From Hydrolagus colliei (lineage: Eukaryota), in NCBI GenBank assembly GCA_035084275.1, contig CM068751.1:8990001-9054000 (forward strand): a DNA stretch of 64,000 nucleotides. The letters are read 5' to 3'. Within the stretch, counting starts at the first letter, position 1. The number at the start of each line of letters is the position of its first letter. Made by a program: the position numbers and the translations under genes. The notes beneath the pieces were generated by a model, which saw only the letters and a program-made list of their open reading frames with translations, made no database searches and had not been told where the DNA came from. Below, one piece after another: positions 1 to 10,937 of this stretch.

Positions 1-665
1 CAGGGACGAAGAGCTACAAGTTATGAGGAGAGATTGGAGAAGCTGTTTTCAATGTAGCACAGCTTAAGAGTCCCGTAGCTCAGTGGTTAAAGCACTCGCC
101 TCGCAAATGGGTTCAATTCCCGGAAACATCTTGGGCAAGTTTCCTTACTCCACACGGCTGAAATTAATCCCCCAAGAAAGAATCCCAATAATTTGGTCAC
201 TCAATCCACGACTGCTTTTGGAACACTGTTGGGCACAATTGGCTGCCGCGTTTCACCCACAAATATACAATCAATTTACTTTACAGTATATTTTGTGAAG
301 CACTTTGAAACTTCTGGAGGTCTTGAAGGAGCTACATGAAATGCAAGGTTAATTATTATTATAAAGTTGGGGGGAATCTGATTGACATGTACAAAATTAT
401 GGGGGGGGGGGGGGGGAGGTGTCAACAGGAAAATACGGAGAACTTATTTCTGTGTCAGTGCCCAAGAGACAGAATTATAAACCACAATAGCAGCAAAAGG
501 AGAAATATAGGATTTCCTTCATCCAGTTTGGGGGACACAGTGCATAAGAAAGAGGGGCTTAAAGGGCTTGTGGTTAAGGCAGGGCAGTAGGACTTGTTTG
601 GTGAACGTTGCAGACTTGATGGGCCATATAGCCTTCTTCTGCACTGTAAATTTCTAAGTTTCTAA
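1..665 (+). mobile_element. CR1 LINE 3' fragment interrupted by a SINE
   Basis: YEERLEKL and GNLIDMYKIM remnants of the CR1 RT C-terminus, then a gatgggcc...cttct...ttcta tail. Confidence 0.7.
68..362 (+). mobile_element. tRNA-derived SINE copy
   Basis: GTAGCTCAGTGG A-box, GGTTCAATTCC B-box, family body and (ATT)n tail. Confidence 0.85.
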
Positions 666-973
666 ATGTTAAATGTAAACTACTTTGATTACATATTGTG
701 AAGAGTACTGATTCCATTATACCTAATTTTAGTGTCATAGATTAAAAGCTCTCTTTGAATTTTCTTTGGTATAAGCAAACTCATTGTAGTATGCTTAGTT
801 TTGAATCGTGATTGTGCATTCTAAGCTAAGTTCATAGAGCATGCATCGTATCAGACTATCCAGCAAATGCTGAACAATGGCTAACCAATGATCAGAAGAA
901 TTATCAACATCCGTGATTAATTCTAAGCCTAGTGTTCTAGCAAATATTTATCTTATGTACTAGTAAAATTTAC

Positions 974-1063
974 CACTCTGATGTCACTATCAAGGTCAGA
1001 GTCTTCACAAACATCTTCTTGAGGTACATTCCTTCGCTTTAACAAGTGCTCGTCCCGTTTGTT
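974..1063 (-). CDS. KPNA4: Importin alpha (KPNA4) coding exon 3
   Basis: 90 nt, tttacag acceptor and gtaaat donor; encodes [30 protein letters not shown] (IBB domain with KRR autoinhibitory motif). The gene continues beyond base 1. Confidence 0.96.
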
Positions 1064-1288
1064 CTGTAAAGGAAGAAACATATCTCTGGTCAATTAGAAC
1101 TAATAATATTGAACTTAAATGTTAATTATTTTAAAATTGAAATGCTCCAGATATGTTTGGTTACAAGAATCCAAGTTTGTCCCATAAATATATGCAAATT
1201 TTCCCCAAAGATAATTTCTCATGGAGCAAAACAAGGGATCAAAAATTTTTTTGGGGGTACATACGCAACATTTTTTAGCAAGTCTTAC

Positions 1289-1333
1289 CTTCCTTAGTTC
1301 TACGACCACCTCATTTCGTTGTCGTCTCATAGA
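1289..1333 (-). CDS. KPNA4: KPNA4 coding exon 2
   Basis: 45 nt, ttag acceptor and gtaaga donor; encodes SMRRQRNEVVVELRK. The RRQRNEVVV string is KPNA4-type rather than KPNA3-type (RRHRNEVTV). Confidence 0.96.
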
Positions 1334-1539
1334 CTAAGGAGAAAGAAAAGTTTACAGTTTATTGTTTCTTGATTATCCAGGTTACAAAGGCTTCTTTCTA
1401 CCTATTGTTTGAGTCACTTAAGGCAGACAGGTGAATGTTCACTGGAACAATTATGACTGAAATTTATTACTTATATACACACACTTTTTAGTAAAGTAGT
1501 CACTCAGATTACTACAATTGCCTTAGGACCCCATGGCAT

Positions 1540-1690
1540 GTGTACTGCGGGAGAGGGGGAACAAAAGTCAGGATTTCCAATCAAGATTTATCTCTATTGA
1601 ATACTAAAGTGTGCAACAGGCATTAGGTAAAGAAGATTACTAACAGCTGTGATTTTACTCCACAATAAATGATTCTTTCCAGCCAAGCTC
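1540..1690 (+). mobile_element. Ancient LF-SINE-like relic
   Basis: Degenerate similarity, from memory, to the body of LF-SINE-type repeats; a related head fragment lies at ~2980-3125. Confidence 0.3.
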
Positions 1691-1829
1691 AGGGACAAAG
1701 ATCTGTGACCCGCACAAGAAACCAGAGGGTGTATGATCCTCAGTACTACTCACTACCTTTAGCAAAAAAAATGCAAACAGCAGCATTGACTTCATCTACA
1801 TACTGGAGCCCATACGGCTTCCTATACAG

Positions 1830-2488
1830 AACAACAACAACAACAATTTACATTTATGGAGCGCCTTTCACGTCGGGAGGACGTCCCAAGGCGCTGAACA
1901 GGAGGCGTGTGACCCAAGCTGGGAGGGGAGTGTTTGGGAAGGGGTGAAACACGAAGGGGAGGTAAAAGAGTTCGGGGTGGAACAAAAGGCACGATCGAAG
2001 AGGAAAGTCTTCAAACCGGCCTTGAAAGAGGAAAGGGAAGAGACGAAATGGAGGGTTTGAGGGATGGCATTCCATAAGGTGGGAGCGGAGAAACTGAAGG
2101 CCCGGCCTCCGATGGTGGGGCGGTTCGGGCGGGGGGCTTGGAGCAGGCCAAGTCCTGTTGAACGGAGGGTCCGGGTGGGCGTGTAGGGGGAGAGTAGATC
2201 GGTTAAGTAGGATGGGGCAAGGCCGTGTAAGGCCTTGTAGGTGAGGACGAGGATCTTAAACTCGATCCTCTGGAGGATGGGGAGCCAGTGGAGACGGGCG
2301 AGGGTGGGGGTTATGTGGTCGCGGAGGCGGGTGCGGGATAGTACACGGGCTGCAGAGTTTTGGATGGCCTGCAGCCTATGAATGGAGGAACTGGGGAGGC
2401 CGACTAGGAGAGAATTTCCGTAGTCCAGCCGTGAGGTGATGTATGCATGCACAAGTGTTTCGGCAGCGCGGGGGGTAAGATAATTACG
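1830..2488 (-). mobile_element. L2 LINE 3' fragment, young
   Basis: Open RT C-terminus HAYITSRLDYGNSLL...LHWLP...FKILVLTYKALHGLAP, a 3'UTR and a (TTG)n tail. Confidence 0.95.
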
Positions 2489-3535
2489 TAACTTGCAATT
2501 AAAACATTCAACATAGCCTTCCTACAAACATTATGTCATGGAAATGATCCATATATGCAGGTTTGGGCTGAAAACTGACAGGTAAACATCATCTGACTAT
2601 GACAAAATTAAGTGTGCAGATTATTTAAAATTGTCTTTCCTCTATCCTAAATAATCTTATATGAAGCTTTAAGCAAGTGTGTGTCAGTGAAACATAATGA
2701 ATGAATTAAGCAGGAAAAGATTGGAATTGAAAGGACAAGATGCAAGAGAAAGAACTCTTCCAACAATATCCTAAAATTGAACCTTCCTGGAACTTGTCGG
2801 TGCACGGATGTTGGGTGGAAACAGGATGTACCAGGAATACTTTCAAAGTGAAAATACCTTGATGTAACTCAACTGTTTAGGTTCACAACTGAAGAGTGGT
2901 CATTTGGGCAAGGTATTGGAGCACGACTGATATTTCTGGCCTGGCAGAATTTTTAAATATATATATCCTCTGGATTAATTAGCTTCCCTGAGGGCTTACT
3001 TGGTAAAGGCACAGCCAGTATGGACCAATACTAGATCAAACAGGCCAGAAGGTAAAAGTTTATACCATCATCTGTACTGAGTGAGCTGATCTCAAATAGG
3101 GTAGCAATTGATGGGCAGTCTCAGCATCCCAACTCTTCATCCAGAATTAGACTTTTCCCAGTTTGTATTTGAAGGAGTTAAACCTCTCTTAAAACAGGCA
3201 ATAAGAATGTTAATGACCATAGTGAGCTGAATGATCAATTTGAAGCGCTTCAGAGACACCTAGAAGATGTGAAAAGCCCTATATCAAATGCTAACATTAT
3301 TAATGTGATAGTAAACTCAGGGATAATTCAGCATTAATATGGTATGCTAATTCACCTCAGTTTCTCAATCCCACTGGGCTGAGAAAAGAAAGTGCAACTG
3401 CTGCATATTGTTATCACTTAAAGGTCCAAAGCATATGAAGTCTCCCAAGGTACACTTTACTCACCCGCTAAAAAATAAATCCATTGTAGTACTACTCAGA
3501 AATCTAGAATTCCACCCTCGCATACCAAAATAAAG

Positions 3536-3690
3536 CTGTGGATGTTGGATCCATCTACACCTTCAAGGGTGAGGTTGATAGGTTGAAATTTCAATTGGAA
3601 TTGAAAGGATTAGTTGAGATACAGTTCAGCCATGATCTAATTAAATGGGGGAACAAGCTCAGAGCTGAATGGCCTATTCCTGTTCTTATG
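3536..3690 (+). mobile_element. CR1 3' tail fragment
   Basis: gatacagttcagccatgatct...gctgaatggcctattcctgttcttatg, a typical CR1 3' end. Confidence 0.65.
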
Positions 3691-4645
3691 TACTACATGA
3701 CGAATGAAGCCATTTCATTGCTCATATAAGTAACCATAGCTTTTCCACTGAACAAAACAATCCTTCCAATTCAAAATCAATAATTCCCCCCAAAAGAAGT
3801 CACCTTAAACAATTACCGTAAACGTAAAATTGCCTTAAAGAATTATCAGTACTTAATGTTCTGGGGGCAGTTATCAGCAACAAAATTAGCTCCCAAACCA
3901 ACTAAAATAATTGTGCAATGCATTACATCACCTGAAACATTGTCTTCCAAAGCAGAAATTCAATGGTTAAATTTCACCTGAGGCATCAGAAATATTCAAA
4001 CTTCCTGCACGTCATTCTTGTCCTTTAACTCATCCTCCCAAACCCTCAAATTAGCACCTTGCAAACCATTACCATATTTCCAATGCACCAATAAGAAAAA
4101 TTTACCCCATTCTATTTTCCATACTACAATTGCTCCATGTGGTGTCCGAATATCAACCTCATAAAGCCACCTCAATTATGGGAAACAATGAACAAAAACA
4201 TCTAGCTGTGGAGTTCACAGTACAGCACTTATCTTAAACCAAACCAAGCCTCCACAAGACTCATGACGTTTAATTTCCTGTTAAGCAGCTTTCTGCAAGT
4301 TCACAAATCACGACTTCTGTGTACAGGCTGTTTTTGTTTTGTCGTTTCACCTTCCCTCTTCACAAATCGTTGCCCAAACACAATGTACACAGAGAGAAAA
4401 GCGAATTTAAGGCGCAACTAATTTCTTCCTTCTCCTCTTTCCCCCGCCCCCCTTTTCCAGGTGGATGTGTAACGTACTTTTAAAGATGGGAGCTTTCGTT
4501 GTTGTTTTTTAACCCAAGGTCTCAAATCCTCCAGACAAGTTTTATCTCGCTCACAACTAAAACCCAAGGCGCTTTAGTGATTCGGGGTAAAAGTTCGCGG
4601 CGTCGCTCCGAAAATCTCCTGGTTCTCTATTGTTTTCTCTCTCGG

Positions 4646-4972
4646 AAAGGAAAGCGGAGAGGAAGGGTCGGGGCGAGAGAGATGGGGGTGAGAAGAGAGG
4701 ATGGTGGGAGGGAGAAGGGAGAGAAGGGGTGGGAGAGGGGGGGAATCGAAGATAGAGAGGGAGGCAAGTGGAGAAGCGAGGGGGAAAGAGGGAGAGGGGA
4801 AGAGAGAGAGGGGAGAAGAGAAATGGAGAAGAGATGGAAGGAGAGAAGAGAGGAAGGGGAGAAAAGAGGGGAGGGGGAGACAGAGCGAGACAAACGAGAG
4901 GGAGGAGAGAAGGGAGGGAAGAGAAGAGAGAGATGGGGAGGAAGAGGAGAAGGTGGGTGGGAGAGGAGCAAA
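4646..4972 (+). repeat. Polypurine (GA-rich) low-complexity tract in KPNA4 intron 1
   Basis: About 330 bp almost entirely G/A on the + strand. Confidence 0.9.
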
Positions 4973-5310
4973 CGGGACATTTTGGTTGAACTTTTAAACG
5001 CTTCTGGGCCCGAGGTGGAAGGGGGGGGCTCCTACTTCACGCCTTTCCCTATAGCTCCTGGTGAAATCTAGGCCTCACAGTTAGTCAGTCAGTGCCTCTC
5101 TCTCTCTCTCCTTCCTCGAGCCGGCCACTCGGGTTTACTTTGACGTCTCCCAGAGAGAAAGAAAGCAGAGAAAAAGAGAGATGGGTCAGGAGCTGTTGGG
5201 GCGGCGGCATCGACATGGCGGCCAAAGCCGGGAGGGGGGGGCGCGGGAAAACAATGCCGCCTTTGCCGCTGTCGCCCTTGTTGTTGTTGTAGCCGCTACC
5301 ATTTGCTCAC

Positions 5311-5379
5311 CTCCAGATCCCGCCCTTTGTTCTTGAAATTCTTCAGCCTCTGGTTCTCCAGCTTGTCGTTCTCCGCCAT
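5311..5379 (-). CDS. KPNA4: KPNA4 coding exon 1
   Basis: ATG at 5379 in context CAACATGG; encodes MAENDKLENQRLKNFKNKGRDLE (69 nt), then a gtgagc donor; phase 0 joins exon 2. Confidence 0.96.
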
Positions 5380-5780
5380 GTTGGCGCCGCTCGGGGACGA
5401 GGCGAGGTGGGGCGGACTTGTCTTGTCTTCCCTACCCTCTGCCCCTCACCCCCTTTAGGCCTCTTGTGTCGTCGTCGTTCACCTCCCTCGATATTTTTTT
5501 TTGAGGACGAACCGGGTTCCCTCCCTCCCTCCCTCCTCTCTTTTCCTCTGTCTCACTCCAGCACCGCACTTCTCCTCACACTTGGCTTCTACTTGTGTAT
5601 TTTTTAAAAAAAAACACCTCCCTCACGGCTTGGGCCAAAATGCCGGTAAAAAAAACCGCTTTAGCCTCGCTCTCGCCACAACTGAGAGGGGTGTTGGGGC
5701 GGGGGAGGGGCAGGGAGGAGGGAGCGGGAGACAGATTGCAGGAGGAGCCTGGGTTGCCCCACGTTCCAGTAAGCTGCGCG

Positions 5781-6060
5781 ACTATTGGTCAGCCTCTCCC
5801 GGCTGTCGGGCGCCCATTGGTCAGCGATTCCTAGTTGCCGGGCGCCCATTGGTCATCAACTCCAGATTGCCCATTGGCCAGCATCTCCCGATTGCCTGGT
5901 ACCCATTGGCCATCGTCTCCAGATTGCCTGCCTCCCATTGGTCAGCGGCTCTCGGCTGAACCGGCTTCCCATTGATCAACGTTTCCCGGTTGCCGTTCGT
6001 CCATTGGCCAGCGTCTCCCGGCTGCCTCGCGTCACGCGCTATCGCGGCTTCTGATTGGCA
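5781..6060 (-). repeat. Degenerate ~32-bp tandem array, one CCAAT box per unit
   Basis: ATTGG at 5784, 5816, 5848, 5873, 5905, 5937, 5971 (ATTGA variant), 6003 and 6054; unit consensus ~CCCATTGGTCAGCGTCTCCCGGTTGCCGGGCG. Confidence 0.9.
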
Positions 6061-6195
6061 GAGACTGGGTTTCCTCCCCCACCACCGGGCCGGTGCCGCC
6101 GCCTTCTGTCTCTCTCCTTCTCGAGCTCCTTAGCAACCGCCTCGGGCGCCATCTTTGGAACTAGAAGCGTCGGTTTGGGCGGCGCCGGCTGTTGT

Positions 6196-6579
6196 TGTTA
6201 TTCTAATGACAATCCTCCTCTTCCCATTTGATAATCGCGTCTTCCAGACGTCTGAAAGCGCTTGACCGAATATACCGGAAAGTGAATTGACGTGCGTGTG
6301 TGTGTGTTTTTGTGGGCGAAAGGCGGCAGCCGATCGCGCAGTGGCGTCTCCCCCCCCCCCCCCCCCCCCCGGCAAGCAGCCATTGAGATTGAAGTGACCA
6401 AATCACTATTCTTATTTGTTTTATGGTTTCGTGAGGGTAAGGAGGTTTCTCCCTGTCCTGACCAGCAGGGAATCGAACCCAGCTCTCTCTATCTCTGTCA
6501 GTCTCACTCTTATAACTCGCTTGTTTGATTGCTTGCCAGGGAGTGAGTGCACTTATCGCTGAGCCAAGTGAGTCTCCAC
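6196..6579 (-). mobile_element. SINE copy at the edge of the CpG island, CpG-rich, with poly-C and head insertions
   Basis: Family tail and body; B-box at ~6468-6480 and A-box at ~6555-6566. Confidence 0.75.
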
Positions 6580-6696
6580 GACACTGTGAGGTGTAGTGAC
6601 TGTGTGTATTTCGCTCAGCGGCCACCAGCCCCGGGATTGAGCGGCCAGATTGTTGTGATTGTAAAAAATATATATTTTTTGGAAGGGATTCTGGAA

Positions 6697-7150
6697 AATT
6701 ACATTGAGAGAGCGCCTTTCACATTGGGAGGGCGTCCCAAGGCGCTGAACACTCCGAGCGGGGGACAGGGGGAGGGAGAGAGAGTTGGGAGGGCGGCAGA
6801 AGTGGAGGGTCTCGAGACCGGCCTTGAAGGAGGCAATGGAGGAAGCGAGGCGAAGGGTCTGTGGGATGGAGTTCCAGAGTGGGGGGGGGGGGGGGTGCAG
6901 AGAGGCTGAAAGCCCGTCCGCGGATGGTAAGGTGGGTCGGGCGCGGGACATGGAGCAGACTTGAGCCTGCTGAACGGAGGGGGCGGGCAGGTCAGAGAGA
7001 TAGGAGGGGGCAAGGTCGTGAATGGCCTTAAGAGGGAAGACGAGGATCTTAAATTGGATCCTCTGGGGGATGGGGAGCCAATGGAGCCGGGTGAGGGTGG
7101 CAGTGATGTGGTTGCGGAGCTTGGTGCGCGAGAGGACACGAGCTGCGGAG
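6697..7150 (-). mobile_element. L2 LINE 3' fragment
   Basis: NSAARVLSRTKLRNHIT...LHWLP...FKILV plus the L2 tail. Confidence 0.9.
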
Positions 7151-7438
7151 TTTTTATGAGTGGAAGAGTTTGGGAAGGCCAACGAGGAGGAAGTTTCCGT
7201 ACTCAAAACACTTGAGCTACAGGACTGGCACCATGTTACAAAAAGCAAAATCAAATATAAACAGTCATCAGTAATACAGAAGTAAATCAGTGTTAAATCA
7301 AGTCTCGGCTCATGGATTCCAAGCAACATTCTCACCCAGAATGAACAGGAATATCCTTTTTTAAAAAAAAATTGGTAAAAGAACAACAAATTACATTTGT
7401 ACAGCGCAAATTTCACATCAAGAGGACATCCTATTATT

Positions 7439-7529
7439 ACAAGGTTGTATTCAAAACACCAAAGTCAAATTTTAAGTTCAAGGCATTGTTTGTCAGTGAT
7501 ACTTTAAATAATTTAACCTAACAATATTT
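7439..7529 (+). repeat. 91-bp direct repeat, copy 1
   Basis: Two mismatches to 9725-9815. Confidence 0.9.
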
Positions 7530-9084
7530 TATTTCCCTGCGAATCTCTCATATATTGATTACCTCTGTTCCCAAATGCAATTCTTAGCTCAATGACACTA
7601 CATTATATTCGTCCATATCAGCGGTTGATGGTCTATGGTCGGCCAACCAAATACATGTTTCTTTATTGATTTTTTTCTTCATTTATGGCTGCTCCATGGA
7701 TTTCGTGGCTCAGTAGCCACTGGAAACCAGGTTTAGATTTGCCTGGACTGGTGCAGGTGGTTGATGGGGCACTTCTTAATGAGTTGGCAACCACCGATCT
7801 ATACTGTACTGTATTTTCCAATTCAAAGATCAACTGTCAGTCAGAAAAATATACTTAGGTGTAATGTGTGGTATGCTTGAGTTAGCACACCTCTGGGACT
7901 CAGGTTTAAATGAACTTGCTAGAAGGTTAGCATTATCTGAAGTTTAGAATGTTTCATATTCTGAAAGCTGCACAAATAATGAGCTGCTATTATCACCTGA
8001 GCAGACTTATCCAATAATACAGTATTACCAATGTATTGTAACTTTTTTTTTCATTGGAGTGTTGTACATTTTGCAGGATTACACCTGTGCACTTTAAATG
8101 CATTTTTAGTAATAAAAATATATTCTTAATATTACACTTCGATTAAATTTACTGCAAACCGAAGGAAATGGAAACTACAGGTCCTAAGGTCCCCTTCAAC
8201 TCAAAATGCTGTATAAAAGTCTATGATAAACTTGGAACTTGCAGTGTTTAACATCTTTTTGGTAGTATCAATATTTTGTTGCAATGTTTGGTCATTTTCA
8301 TCTAATACATAACAGATACCTTTTTGCATTTCGTGGGAGAATCTTAACTCTTCCAGCAAATGATTGTGATTTTCCTTACTACAAGCAATTTTCCTCAGAA
8401 CGAGCTGAAAAGCATGTTGTACAGAAAGGGAAAATTATTCAAATCATTATCTGAGTTCAATGACTTGCTGGAAAATAGAATGTTTTGTGCAACAGAAAAT
8501 TGGAAAGACATTGGTGTTTATCCTCCTGCACAACATTGCTTTTGAATGATATTGCTAACAATTGGAAAAAACATTTTTATTTATAATATTTGTTTGTCTT
8601 TGTGATTTAGATAGTTTTACAACGTAGAAAATGAACACTGATGCAGGGACTGAATTCTATCATCCAAAGTGCAACTTACACTTCAAGTGTAATGTAACAT
8701 TGTTGGTTCCACTTTAAAACTCGATTTTGTTTGTCTCATTTTGAGTTACTTTCTGTTCCTATTGAGATTCCCAATGATGATTGTTTAAAAATACAGCACT
8801 ATTAAAGCAGAGTTGTTACTCTTGACGTTTTCCATCTTTGCCCATTTTCCCGTAGCTATTGCTACACATGATCAATAAATTATTGCTCTTGATATGTTGC
8901 CTAGTTGTGTTTGATTGAACATAAAGCAAAAACTCAAAGCTCCATTGCACAACTGATCCGCTGAAGTGCTATCAGACTATTACATATTTCATTTTTTTTA
9001 AATCACCCAAAAAACGGTGTATCTGACACCATAATTTCCAAGGAATGCAATCCTATCAACAAAGGGCAGACAAGTGGTTTAACT

Positions 9085-9430
9085 GAGATCGACTTCAAGA
9101 TCCTCACTTTCGTTTACAAATCCCTTCACGACCCAGTACTTCCCTACCTCTGACCCGCTTTCTCCACTCGGCTGGCTCTGGCTTCCTACTTGTGTCTCTT
9201 CCCCTCCGCTCCATTCTTTCAGCCACAACGGCCTGAAATTTTGGAACCCTCTCGCTCAATCCCTCTGTCTTTCTCCCTCCCACTTTTTCACAGCTGAAGA
9301 CCTTCCTGTTCGAAAGTGTTTACGGTCATCTCCCTCCCCCAGCACTGTGTCAGATTCCATTATTCCATTACTGTTAAGCACTCTGAGACACGACCTCATA
9401 TGAAGGGTTCTGCATAAATGTAAGTTGTTG
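9085..9430 (+). mobile_element. Older L2 3' fragment
   Basis: IDFKILTFVYKSLH remnant and a taaatgtaagttgttg tail. Confidence 0.75.
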
Positions 9431-9724
9431 ATCCTGGTCTCTACTGTGCTAACAGAATGAGACATGTAAGTGCACTGTAGCAACTCTAATGTACCTTCAT
9501 TAAATACAAATCTTATTTATTCATGATCCCATTTTCAATTACAATTGAACCCAGGGCCAATTTAACTTATTATGCAGATGGACATTAAAGGATCCACCTT
9601 TGCTGTTCCCCAAACTAAACGGGAGTTTTGCTGAAGAGTACTGGCAAATAATCCGTAGAAAAACAATCAAATTAATTCCTCATTGCTGTTATATTTGGGA
9701 TATTGAGCATATAAATTAATTTTC

Positions 9725-9815
9725 ACAAGGTTGTATTCAAAGCACCAAAGTCAAATTTTAAGTTCAAGGTATTGTTTGTCAGTGATACTTTAAATAATTT
9801 AACCTAACAATATTT
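9725..9815 (+). repeat. 91-bp direct repeat, copy 2
   Basis: Two mismatches to 7439-7529. Confidence 0.9.
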
Positions 9816-10136
9816 ACACAGTTTGCCAACTTTAACATTATTCACTTAATTTATAATGTTAGTACTATTTTGTGAGGGCCTTCCAGGCATTATTTTTTTT
9901 ATCTGTGAAAGGAATTACGCAACAAAGTTAGTGCCGAATCTCCATGTTAAAACCTGCAAATATTGCAAGCGAAAAAGTCATCTTAAATAAAATAGTTACC
10001 CAAAGCATTTCTAGCTCATTATTATTTATTGATAAATTCATCTCAGTTAATAATGGTTGATGTTGTGCACTCGCACCAAAAGCCTGTTTCGATTTAAATT
10101 ACTCAGGTTTAATTGTTCCAATTTTCAATCAGCAGC

Positions 10137-10572
10137 ATATAGAATCATAGAATTATACAGAAGAGGAGGCCTTTTTGCCCATTGAGTCTGTGCCGGCTCT
10201 TTGAAAGGAGCTGTCCAACAACAACAACAAAATTACACCTGTATAGTGCTTTTCACGTCAGGAGGACGTCCCAAGGCCCTGGACATTCAGACCCGAGTTG
10301 CTTCAAGGCTGCTTCAGACCCGAGCTGAGGCCAGGGGGAGAGGGAAGTGGGGGATTAGGAGTTGCAGATGGATCCATCGAAGAGGAGAGTCTTGAGGTGA
10401 GACTTGAAGGTGGCCAGGGAGGGGGTGAGGGGGAGGGACTGGAGTTCCAAAAGTCCAAATCAATCCCTCTCTCCCGTTCTCCCCCCATAGCCCTGTAAAC
10501 CTGTCCTCCCCATATAATTAGGTTCTTTTCTTAAAAGTTATTGTCAAATCGGCTTCTGCCACCCTTTCAGGC
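10137..10572 (-). mobile_element. CR1 tail interrupted by an L2 tail (~10217-10448)
   Basis: atagaatcatagaa CR1 end; the nested (CAA)n-led L2 3' end splits it. Confidence 0.75.
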
Positions 10573-10631
10573 CAGTGAAGCCTGAAACTGAACACAGCTT
10601 ATATTTCTCATACAATATTCGCATATATAAA

Positions 10632-10937
10632 ATAATAAACTAATCCTTGCATTTGATATAGCGCTTTTCGGATCTTTGAGATGTGCCAAAGTGCTTCACA
10701 GAATATACTGTAAAGTGAATTCACTATATATTTGTGGGTGACATCCAGTTATGCACAGCAGCGTCCCACAAACAGTCGTGTATTGAAATGACCAATTATG
10801 GTATATTATTGTTTTTTTGGAGGGATTATTATCAGCCGTGTGGAGTAAGGAAACTTGTCGAAGGTTTCGCGCTGCTTGGAATCGAGCTCATGACTCTCGC
10901 TTGAAAGGCAAATGCTCTAACCACTGAAGATTCCACA
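10632..10937 (-). mobile_element. SINE copy
   Basis: Near full-length match to the family consensus. Confidence 0.85.

Larger units (their letters stand above)
5090..6200. promoter_or_regulatory. CpG-island promoter of KPNA4
   Basis: GC- and CpG-rich relative to the AT-rich flanks; GC boxes (~5408, ~5696), multiple CCAAT boxes, YY1-like GCCAT motifs and an RFX-like CCTTAGCAAC. Confidence 0.85.

Noticed and set aside
401-418. Long G or C homopolymers (also ~6349, ~6881, ~20918)
   Set aside because: Simple slippage runs, mostly inside TEs, whose length is unreliable in assemblies.
666-973. KPNA4 exon 4
   Set aside because: No match to the expected short QNTSLEAIVQ-like exon was found; it presumably lies beyond the window start.
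4499-5071. 190-aa and overlapping ORFs rich in G/E/R or S/P/L
   Set aside because: Translations of the polypurine tract inside KPNA4 intron 1.
5501-6054. ORFs with repeated PIGQR/HWSA peptides
   Set aside because: By-products of the 32-bp repeat, whose length is not a multiple of 3; no coding signature.
5781-6060. CRISPR-like repeat-spacer appearance
   Set aside because: Eukaryotic promoter context; the spacers are homologous to each other; no cas genes.
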